Positions 1 through 7,583 of a stretch of 20,000 bases of DNA are shown here, in pieces (positions within the stretch are counted from its first letter, which is position 1; each line of letters begins with the position of its first letter). A program made the translations under genes and the position numbers. The DNA comes from an uncultured virus (IMG/VR IMGVR_UViG_3300028228_000217) (lineage: Duplodnaviria > Heunggongvirae > Uroviricota > Caudoviricetes): IMG/VR virus record IMGVR_UViG_3300028228_000217; one strand, given 5' to 3'. Below the pieces are notes generated by a model that saw only the letters and a list, made by a program, of their open reading frames with translations, was not told the DNA's origin and made no database searches.

Positions 1-755
1 TCATCTGATATATTTTTACTCATCAAGTTTAAAATAGGAGCAGCCTTTCTAAGAGAACCTTCGGCCATTCTTATCTGTGCGTCAAATTTAGATAACTCAG
101 ATTTATCAAACATAACTTTTGTTTCTTTATAACCTGCACTTGCTAAGAATACATTTCTATTAGATGAACCTTGAACTGTACCAAAACTAGCAGATAAACT
201 ATCCATCTTTTTACCATTGTATTGAGTGTGAAATACAATACCCATTTTGGCTTTTGAAATTTTGTTGGCAAGGTCACTACCCTTAGGTACTGCATATGTA
301 ATAGTGTTTGGTGTAAATGATACCATTTTCTCACCATCTATAGTTATATCTTTCAAGTCATTTGTAAATAACAAATCGCCTTGTAGAATACCTTTGATGT
401 TAAGTCTGGATAATTGTGATAAACATACAGTTAGTTTCTGTGCTACAACACCGCCGTGGTTATTGTTTATATCTCTAACTGTGTAATTGATTTTTGGAGT
501 TACATTGAATACAGATTTTGTACCAACGAAGAATTTACCATTTTCTGGATTAATACCACAGATAATAGCTGGTGCTCCGTCCCATTTGACGGTAATATTG
601 GCTGTGTCACCTGTACCTGCCAACATATTTCTAACTGACTTTAGAAAGTTGACTGCATTGTCACCACCTATCATACCTCTATTGATGATATCATCTTCAA
701 GATGTTCTAAGTGTGTGTTCTTGTCCTGTGTAAGGAAACCTTTAAAATTAAACAT
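1..755 (-). CDS. Conserved T4-like phage protein (DUF6267-like) with ligase-type KxDG motif; 3' end runs off the window
   Basis: Hand translation from ATG at 755: MFNFKGFLTQDKNTHLEHLEDDIINRG...ITVKWDGAPAIICGINPENGKFFVGTKSVFN...GILQGDLLFT; open to position 1. Absent from the ORF track because it has no stop in the window. Late promoter upstream at 840-847. Confidence 0.8.
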   Translation of the reverse strand, partial: MFNFKGFLTQDKNTHLEHLEDDIINRGMIGGDNAVNFLKSVRNMLAGTGDTANITVKWDGAPAIICGINPENGKFFVGTKSVFNVTPKINYTVRDINNNHGGVVAQKLTVCLSQLSRLNIKGILQGDLLFTNDLKDITIDGEKMVSFTPNTITYAVPKGSDLANKISKAKMGIVFHTQYNGKKMDSLSASFGTVQGSSNRNVFLASAGYKETKVMFDKSELSKFDAQIRMAEGSLRKAAPILNLMSKNISD

Positions 756-839
756 TTTTCTCTCTCATTTTTATCCATTATACTATAAAATATGAGGTTT
801 GGCAAGCCCTCTCAATCAGTCCATTAACAAATATATTAC

Positions 840-847
840 TATTTATA
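840..847 (-). promoter_or_regulatory. T4-type late promoter TATAAATA
   Basis: Exact TATAAATA on the minus strand, intergenic, about 85 nt upstream of ATG 755. Confidence 0.65.
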
Positions 848-858
848 ATACTTTATCT

Positions 859-2240
859 CTAGTATATTTTAATAAAGAAGCCGTTATCAGGATTGATTTT
901 CTTAGCACCGTTTATCATCTTATTCATAATACCAGATAAGTCTTTTTATTTTTTATAAAAAAATGCATTATTTTTAAACCTTGAATCTTCATAACCATAT
1001 TTTCAGCAATATCCATATTAGATTTTGCAATATTAATTGTTTTAACAAACTCTTTATAACTTATTTTTTTTCATTAAAAACTTTTGTGTCTTTAATAACA
1101 GTTTCATACATCTTATAAGTTTCTTTAAGTTTAGTTTCATCAAAATCTGAAAATGGTTTAGGTGTACCAAAATATTTTATACTATTAATTCTAGCATCCT
1201 TGTATTGACTCATAACACTATCAACCACTTTTGTAGGAATTTTTCCTAAACGACCTCCAGTTGGTGTACCATCAGATGTAATTTCGGTTTGTGCAGTACC
1301 ATAACCGTGAGGAAATCCTCTAACTTGTAAATTAATTGTTTTTTGTATCTTTATTTGTAAAGGTAAATAAACCTATTTCTTTACCTTCGATAGTTAAGTT
1401 ACAATTAAATTTTGATATTTCAATATCGTAATCTGACACTTTAGTTTGACCTGGTACATTTGTATAATCTACATTTGCTTTTTCTGCAATTATCTGTTTA
1501 AGAGAAATTGGATAAAGAATTTTATTTTCATAAAGATTATACAATTTATTGTTAAACATATTAATTAATCCATCTGAAATGTCATAAGTTTCTACTATTT
1601 TTTTCAGAGCTTTGATTACTTTTTCTCTTTCATTTTTCTTAATAATATAAACATCTGCTGGATTCCAGGAATCTGATTTTCCTAATTTTGATTTCTTTAA
1701 AAATTCTGTAATAGTTTTTCCAAAACTTGATTTATCGGTAGCGTCATGTATAATATCATAACTAGTTAAAGAACCTACAATTTTTTTAACTGCTGGACCT
1801 GTGAGTTGAAATGTGTTATACCAATCAGCAAAAGCCTCCGGGTCCCTTACGAATATAGATTGTTTAGTATCTTCAGCAGTTGCAATTTTTTTTCGCAAAG
1901 ACATTACAGTAGCTAACTCACCTGCGTCTGATAGTGCTTTACCTAAAGCATTTCTTGATTTGCCACCCATACCTGAGAATGGTGCTTTATCAATATCTGT
2001 AAATGTAAAATATTTTTTACCGTCCTGAAATATATAATCCCATTTATTATTAGGATAAAGTATCTTACTATATTTTGGAAAGTCTGTTTGTACTTTTTCT
2101 AAACTATCAATATTTTTAGTTCTTTTAAACAAGTAAGACTTACCATCTTTTACCTTAATCTTCGTGCCTTTTTTAATTTTAGCTACGATAGATACAATGT
2201 ATTTTGATTTAGATAAATCTGCTTTGCTGAATAATGCCAT
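859..2240 (-). CDS. Putative PD-(D/E)XK-fold nuclease-like protein of about 460 aa, split by apparent homopolymer frameshifts
   Basis: ORF 1332-2240 has AGELAT...DSWNPADVYII...YPISLKQ (E..D..xxK-like core). The reading frame resumes as INLQVRGFPHGYGTAQTEITSDGTPTGGRLGKIP... and ends ...GFFIKIY* at 859 if indels near 1339-1344, 1064-1071 and 943-947 are corrected. SD AGGAG upstream. Confidence 0.65.
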
Positions 2241-2244
2241 AGTT

Positions 2245-2271
2245 CTCTCCTATAACATATTTATAAGAGAG
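2245..2271 (-). promoter_or_regulatory. Late promoter TATAAATA (2258-2265) inside an SD-sequestering hairpin
   Basis: Minus strand CTCTCTTATAA-ATATG-TTATAGGAGAG: 11-bp stem (one G-U pair) whose 3' arm contains AGGAG. Confidence 0.75.
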
Positions 2272-2277
2272 TGTCAA

Positions 2278-2544
2278 CTAGTAATTCCAAAGAAATTTGG
2301 GAATACCACCATTCTCTTGCCAAACTTTATGTTGATTTTGAAAGTCTGCTATTTTTTTTGCGTCTTCTTCGAAGAAATATTTAGCTACAACATTCTCTGT
2401 AGGTGTTTCTACTACATGCCATAGTATTTTTCTTTCTTCTTTTATCATCTCTACTGAATATGCTAATTTACCTTTCAAATCTACTCCACCTGGCCTCTTA
2501 TCACCTTTATGAAATCTTACTTTTTGTGTCTTACTTTTTACCAT
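2278..2544 (-). CDS. Hypothetical phage protein (88 aa)
   Basis: ORF track; starts 2 nt after the gp41 stop in the same orientation. Confidence 0.75.
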   Translation of the reverse strand: MVKSKTQKVRFHKGDKRPGGVDLKGKLAYSVEMIKEERKILWHVVETPTENVVAKYFFEEDAKKIADFQNQHKVWQENGGIPKFLWNY

Positions 2545-2546
2545 AA

Positions 2547-3914
2547 CTATAATTTAAAATCGCTAAACTTATTGTAAGCGTCCTCTTTTGGTTCTACTTG
2601 ATTGGCGTCAACTATATTTTGACTTGATTGTTGTACATCATATAATCTCATCTTAGACCTATCAACACCAATAATAAATGCTCTGTTTACGCTTGGGTCA
2701 TTATATCTATTCTTCAATTGTTTTACTTTCATCTGACCTAGTTTTTCTAATTCTTCATTTGACATTAAGGCAAACATGAAGTCAGCAGTAGCAGGTAGAC
2801 CAAAAGATTCAGAAGTATCTTCAAGACCAAGGTCTGTACTTACGAAACCAGTTCTAGTTGTTTGTGTCGCACTAAAGATAGGCACATTTGCCTCTACAGC
2901 TAGACCCCTTAACTCTTCAGCAATTGCTTTGATGTAGAAGTAAGATGATATATTACCACCTTTAAATCTAGCACTAGCACAAATATTTAGATAATCAATA
3001 AAGATAACATCTGGTTTAAAACTTTTCTTTAATGCAAGTTCATTAATCAAAGACTTGAAGTGACCACTATGAGCAGACGCTGTTGGATATTCTTTGATGA
3101 TAAGTCTACCTTGTGTTTTCTCTCTGAGTTTTTTAATCTTGCCATCATATAATGATTGAGGCATATCATGTAAATCTTCCATAGTGACATCTAGTAAGTT
3201 TGCGTCAATTCTTTCTGCAATTCTTTCCTCTGCCATCTCTAAAGTGATATACAATACATTAAGACCTTGCAACAAATAACTAGCCGCTACATGACACATG
3301 AACAATGATTTACCAACGCCAGTACCAGCAAGAGCAATGTTTAATGTCTTACTTGGAACACCACCTTTGGTAATTCTATTCATATAATCTAAATCAAATT
3401 GATACTTCTTCTCTTTAGTATGATAAAATTTAAATCTACTATCTGCGTCTTCAATGTAATCGTGACCAACTGACTTGTCAAATGATACAGCCAATGCCTC
3501 TGATAGAATATGTGGTATTGCCTCTGGTGTTTGTGTCTTATCTTTATTATCTAAGATTTTAATACCAGCTAATACAGCATTGTGTACAGCACGGTCTTTA
3601 CAAAACTTTTCTGTTGTATTTAATAACCATTGGTCATCTGATTCAGTATTCTCAACACCAACAACATAGTCTTTTATGTGTTGTAATTCTTCTTCATTAA
3701 TATCTCTTCGACTATTCAGTTCAATTAGAATAGCGTCTTTTGTAGGAAGATTATTATACTTCTCAATGAAACCAAAGACTTCACCAAACAATAATTGTTC
3801 AACACGATTACTAAAGTATTCTTCTTTAATAAAAGGTAAAACCTTTCTAGTGTACCCTTCGTTAAAGAAGAGGCTAGAGATTATTGTATTCTCAATCCGT
3901 GATTGCTGTACCAT
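2547..3914 (-). CDS. 41: DnaB-like replicative helicase (T4 gp41)
   Basis: Walker A AGTGVGKS, YITLEMAEERIAERIDANL, IFIDYLNI, SESFGLPATAD, KQLKNRY; position next to uvsX. Confidence 0.97.
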   Translation of the reverse strand: MVQQSRIENTIISSLFFNEGYTRKVLPFIKEEYFSNRVEQLLFGEVFGFIEKYNNLPTKDAILIELNSRRDINEEELQHIKDYVVGVENTESDDQWLLNTTEKFCKDRAVHNAVLAGIKILDNKDKTQTPEAIPHILSEALAVSFDKSVGHDYIEDADSRFKFYHTKEKKYQFDLDYMNRITKGGVPSKTLNIALAGTGVGKSLFMCHVAASYLLQGLNVLYITLEMAEERIAERIDANLLDVTMEDLHDMPQSLYDGKIKKLREKTQGRLIIKEYPTASAHSGHFKSLINELALKKSFKPDVIFIDYLNICASARFKGGNISSYFYIKAIAEELRGLAVEANVPIFSATQTTRTGFVSTDLGLEDTSESFGLPATADFMFALMSNEELEKLGQMKVKQLKNRYNDPSVNRAFIIGVDRSKMRLYDVQQSSQNIVDANQVEPKEDAYNKFSDFKL

Positions 3915-4224
3915 TATCTAATTTCTCCTCTAGTAGTTCTATTAAAATGTCGCCGATATAATCTATAAACTCTTTGTTGTCAAGCAATTCTAAATCATTA
4001 GGATTCTTATCAACTGTGTAATCAAATCTCATAGGCAACCTGCCATCTGGAAGTTCTTCCTCTTCCTTAGCTAGTTGCACTTTGCCATAATGATAAATTA
4101 CATCTTTGAATTTACCCTCTGTCAACTTGACACAAGAATGTTCTTCGCCACTTTTTTGAGCGAAGGTATATCTTTTAGTCTTCGTCTTGTCCGTATGTGA
4201 ATTTTCTTTTTGCATGTTCATCAA
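3892..4224 (-). CDS. Conserved hypothetical protein in the T4 gene 40 position (between uvsX and 41); start uncertain
   Basis: ORF overlaps both neighbours. Equivalence to gp40 is positional only. Confidence 0.7.
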   Translation of the reverse strand: MMNMQKENSHTDKTKTKRYTFAQKSGEEHSCVKLTEGKFKDVIYHYGKVQLAKEEEELPDGRLPMRFDYTVDKNPNDLELLDNKEFIDYIGDILIELLEEKLDNGTAITD

Positions 4225-5200
4225 TTTTATCTAATACTTCTTTTGTAAAATACTTTTCTGGATTCTCGTTGATAGTTTTACCAAATACTTTTGTACCATC
4301 AGCCATTTCAAACCTTGTAGATACTTTTGAAAACACACCAGCTTCTTCACCAAGTTCTAGTAAACCATAATGTCTATCTAGTCCTGTTTTGTATGTTAAC
4401 TTAACATCAATCATTGCATTTTCTTTGGTCAATCTTGACTTATAATTTTTACAATGAATAATATTACCAATAACTTCGGTACCATCTTTGTCTTTTCTTT
4501 TACTTAGATATATAATTGATGAAGCGGCGTACTTCAAACCTGAACCACCACCCATTTCTTTTTGTGGGAACATAGAACCAATAACATCATATGTATGGTT
4601 GGTCATAATCATTGGAATGCCAGCCTTACCTAATTTTAATGTTAAAACTCTGAATGTAGATTTTACAATTTGAGACCTTGTCATATCTCTTGTTTCTTTA
4701 CCAGCAGCCGTATCTTCCATTTCTTTTGTAGTCGATAACATACCCAAACTATCTAATACAAACAGTAAAGGTTTTCTATCTGACTCTTTTTGGCTTAAAT
4801 ATTTTTCAATCACTTTAATTGATTGACTTCTAAATTCTTGTACAGTTGCAACCGGAACAATTACCATTCTAGTAGCGTCAACACCTCTAGCTTCAATCAT
4901 ACTTTTTGAAATTGCACCCTCTGATTCAAAATAGATAACACCAGCTTCTTTGTTTACATCTAAAAAACTTTTACAGATACCTAATGCAAAGAAGGTCTTT
5001 CCTGTCGCAGCTTCTCCGGCAATTGCCGTAATTTTGTTTGCTGGCATACCACCATATATACTACCTGATAGTAACGCATTGAACGAATATGAGCCTGTGT
5101 CAATGAAACTGGTTACATCTGCACTATCAACACCCTCACTTACTAAACCAGCATATTCATTGCCAGTTTCTTTAATTATATCTTTTAAAAAATCACTCAT
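4175..5200 (-). CDS. uvsX: RecA-like recombinase UvsX
   Basis: [14 protein letters not shown], Walker [41 protein letters not shown]. Confidence 0.96.
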   Translation of the reverse strand: MSDFLKDIIKETGNEYAGLVSEGVDSADVTSFIDTGSYSFNALLSGSIYGGMPANKITAIAGEAATGKTFFALGICKSFLDVNKEAGVIYFESEGAISKSMIEARGVDATRMVIVPVATVQEFRSQSIKVIEKYLSQKESDRKPLLFVLDSLGMLSTTKEMEDTAAGKETRDMTRSQIVKSTFRVLTLKLGKAGIPMIMTNHTYDVIGSMFPQKEMGGGSGLKYAASSIIYLSKRKDKDGTEVIGNIIHCKNYKSRLTKENAMIDVKLTYKTGLDRHYGLLELGEEAGVFSKVSTRFEMADGTKVFGKTINENPEKYFTKEVLDKIDEHAKRKFTYGQDED

Positions 5201-5221
5201 ATTTTCTCCTTAGTTATGTAT

Positions 5222-5252
5222 AATATACACTATTTGTTTCAATTTGTCAAGC
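5222..5252 (-). promoter_or_regulatory. Sigma70-type promoter for uvsX
   Basis: GC-TTGACA-17 nt-TATATT, intergenic, directly upstream of the uvsX SD. Confidence 0.8.
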
Positions 5253-5489
5253 CTATTTTAATATCTCAACTTCACTATTCGTTTCAATGACAACTCTTGC
5301 ACCACAAGGTAGAATAGGTTTCTCACTACCACCATATCTAACTACACTATCACCTAAGATTTTAACTTCGTGACAATATCTATTAGTTTTACCTTGTTTA
5401 ACTGTAATAACAGGTTCATTGGTACCGTGTTTTTTGTTAGCTCTAATGACATGTTGATTGACATGTATGTAAGTTTTCGCTTTCTTCAT
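5253..5489 (-). CDS. Hypothetical phage protein (78 aa)
   Basis: ORF track; ATGA overlap with the upstream gene; IHVNQHVIRAN...LPCGARVVIET. Confidence 0.8.
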   Translation of the reverse strand: MKKAKTYIHVNQHVIRANKKHGTNEPVITVKQGKTNRYCHEVKILGDSVVRYGGSEKPILPCGARVVIETNSEVEILK

Positions 5490-6592
5490 CTTATAATATC
5501 TATCTTACTATCTTTAGTCCAGACCTCTAGGTCATTTCTAAGACGACCATCCTTATTTAGATTGTCAAATCTTTTTATGGCCATTTTTCTCCACCATTCT
5601 ATGATTTCTTTTTCATTATATCTGTCATAGTTTGGTGCCTTAACTATATCTTGTGTCTTACCATTTACAATGTCTATAAAGTTTTCTATACCATAGTTAC
5701 TTGCATAATATCTTTTTTGTTCGGTAAGATTTTTAGCATTTGCAATCGTAAGTTTAAATTTTTCTAAGTCATCACCTTCAAGTGTTTTCTTACATAGACC
5801 AATAATGCCGGTGGTCATTTTAAGTTTACGACTTGAAGCATCCGCTTTTACTAACTGACCTTTACCAATAATATTTTCAACATAGTCTACCATATCTAAG
5901 TATGGTTTACCATGCAACATAGGAATAAAATCTGACATTGTATTGCCTTTGTATCTTAAAAATGGTTTCATACCATCATACATTGAGGCACCTTTTGTTT
6001 TCCCATATAAAGATGTGGTTTCAAACAACACCAAGTTCATGTCATACTTCTTGTTTAACATCTCTCTAACTTGATGTGAACAACATAGACCAGCCAATAA
6101 TTTACCACCAAGATAATTAAAACCAAATGGCTGGCATGGTACAATTACAAAACCCATAATAGCAGTCTTGTTAAATACTTTTAAATCAGGTACATTACCT
6201 AACATATCGTTTCTAGGTTTACAGTTAATAACTGGCGAACCAAATCTCATAAAACCTACAAACTTACCTGTGTTCATTTCTTTTACTGCAAGCTTTAAAG
6301 TCTTACCAGGAATACTTGTCATATTACTATGACTTGATATCATATTAATACAGGTGTCCCATGTGTGATTATCTAGTTCTACAACTTGTAAATCCATGTC
6401 CTTTGGTGACATAGTAAAATCGCAAAACATATCACTATCAAACCCCATACCAGGAAGACTTGATGGTAATGATTCAATCTGAGCCATCTTTTGGTCACGC
6501 ATGTATTGGTCTATTCTTTCAAACTGACCAAAGTAGTCATTGAATATACCAGCACAATGTAGTGCCTGTTCTCTATCTAGGGTTTTCGCCAT
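5486..6592 (-). CDS. DUF4338 (DruA-like) family protein, probable GNAT-like fold
   Basis: Recognised motifs SIPGKTLKLAVKE..TGKFVGF..FGSP, VPCQPFGFNYLGGKLLA, FETTSLYG..SMYDG. Family call is from memory. Confidence 0.75.
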   Translation of the reverse strand: MAKTLDREQALHCAGIFNDYFGQFERIDQYMRDQKMAQIESLPSSLPGMGFDSDMFCDFTMSPKDMDLQVVELDNHTWDTCINMISSHSNMTSIPGKTLKLAVKEMNTGKFVGFMRFGSPVINCKPRNDMLGNVPDLKVFNKTAIMGFVIVPCQPFGFNYLGGKLLAGLCCSHQVREMLNKKYDMNLVLFETTSLYGKTKGASMYDGMKPFLRYKGNTMSDFIPMLHGKPYLDMVDYVENIIGKGQLVKADASSRKLKMTTGIIGLCKKTLEGDDLEKFKLTIANAKNLTEQKRYYASNYGIENFIDIVNGKTQDIVKAPNYDRYNEKEIIEWWRKMAIKRFDNLNKDGRLRNDLEVWTKDSKIDIIR

Positions 6593-6665
6593 TCATCTTC
6601 CATAACATTAATATAGGTACAGTATACACTAAACTCAACCAAAAGGCAAGCTCTAAGTATATCAT
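6573..6665 (-). CDS. Possible 30-aa membrane peptide MIYLELAFWLSLVYTVPILMLWKMNGENPR
   Basis: Hand translation; ATGA overlap with the MT-A70 stop; a single hydrophobic stretch; fills the gap to the DUF4338 gene. Confidence 0.45.
   Translation of the reverse strand: MIYLELAFWLSLVYTVPILMLWKMNGENPR
6621..6651 (-). promoter_or_regulatory. Sigma70-type promoter for the DUF4338 gene
   Basis: GC-TTGCCT-17 nt-TATACT followed by GTACCTATATTAA; closely matches the cobS promoter. Confidence 0.65.
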
Positions 6666-7198
6666 ACTTCATTACCCCAAAAGTCCCAATTCTCTCTGGT
6701 TTTCTTACGAGCAAACAGTTCAATATAGGGGCCCGGAACAAGTCTTTCAATTTCACCATGTAAAAGTGGTTTTTCGGAGTGTCGACCTCTTGGTGCAACC
6801 ACTAATTGAGCAACATCTTTATTGATTCGTTTTGGTCTACCTCTTGTTGCAAGTAAACACATTTCAGGATTACCTCTAGTCCAATAACCTAAACCTGTAA
6901 AAAATCCAAGTGTCTTTCTATTTGTTTTTGCCCATGTGAAACCTACTGTTTTATATTTAAATCCCCATGCGTCAATAACTTTTAATGCTTGGTCTAACAT
7001 AGGGTCACACACCCACATTAACAATACACAATCCTCATCTGCAATGTCCTTAACAGGTAAATTACAAATATCATTTAGTGACATACAATCATAATGTTTT
7101 TCAGGACTTTTATCTTTGCCTTTATCTGACCGTGTTCTAAACAACCATGGTGGGTCTGCATAGATTACTTTATATTTTTTGTTTGGTAAATCAGCCAA
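6662..7198 (-). CDS. MT-A70 family N6-adenine (or N4-cytosine) methyltransferase
   Basis: VIYADPPW catalytic motif, LLMWV, AWGFKYKT..FTWAK, GLGYWTRGNPEMCL, HSEKP, IELFAR; TTG start with GGAG SD. Confidence 0.92.
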   Translation of the reverse strand: MADLPNKKYKVIYADPPWLFRTRSDKGKDKSPEKHYDCMSLNDICNLPVKDIADEDCVLLMWVCDPMLDQALKVIDAWGFKYKTVGFTWAKTNRKTLGFFTGLGYWTRGNPEMCLLATRGRPKRINKDVAQLVVAPRGRHSEKPLLHGEIERLVPGPYIELFARKKTRENWDFWGNEV

Positions 7199-7583
7199 AG
7201 AAACTCTCCGTTTTAGTTGTTAATGTATTACAAAAGTCCTCACAACTTTTAAATGTTAAGTCAAAGTTTTTAGTTCTTGCCATCTCATTACAATGCATGA
7301 GTACAGTTGCACTAATCTTATGGTCACCTTTAATTATACACACATTACTGTAACCATATTTGTTATGGTACTTCCATAGTTTATGTGGTAATTTTTCTTC
7401 AACACTACCTACTGAATTCTGATTGGTACAATCTGCAAACACCTTACCATTATCAGTTTCAATTATGAAATCTATGGCATGGGCGCCTGGTTTTGCTCTT
7501 TGATAAGATATATTGTTTTCTTTACAATAGTTTTCTACTTTATCTTCAAGCAACTGACCTGATATGTTTACTGGATTATCCAA
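7191..7583 (-). CDS. Small PD-(D/E)XK superfamily nuclease-like protein
   Basis: SGQLLE...AIDFII...FADCTNQNSVGSVEEKLP resembles the E..D..ExKxQxxxGSxxEK family, with DCT at the ExK position; TTG start overlapping the gp43 stop. Confidence 0.65.
   Translation of the reverse strand: MDNPVNISGQLLEDKVENYCKENNISYQRAKPGAHAIDFIIETDNGKVFADCTNQNSVGSVEEKLPHKLWKYHNKYGYSNVCIIKGDHKISATVLMHCNEMARTKNFDLTFKSCEDFCNTLTTKTESFFG

Noticed and set aside
859..1345. Apparent pseudogene or programmed frameshifting in the nuclease-like gene
   Set aside because: All three breaks are in A-runs, the pieces join into one coherent protein, and similar slips occur elsewhere in the window. Most likely homopolymer sequencing errors; confirm with raw reads.
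4175..4224. Possible ACG start (ACG GAC AAG) for the gene between uvsX and 41
   Set aside because: Cannot be distinguished from the in-frame upstream ATGs or a base-call error without homologues.
5486..6592. Druantia defence system
   Set aside because: Only a DruA-like (DUF4338) gene is present; no DruE helicase or other dru genes in the window.
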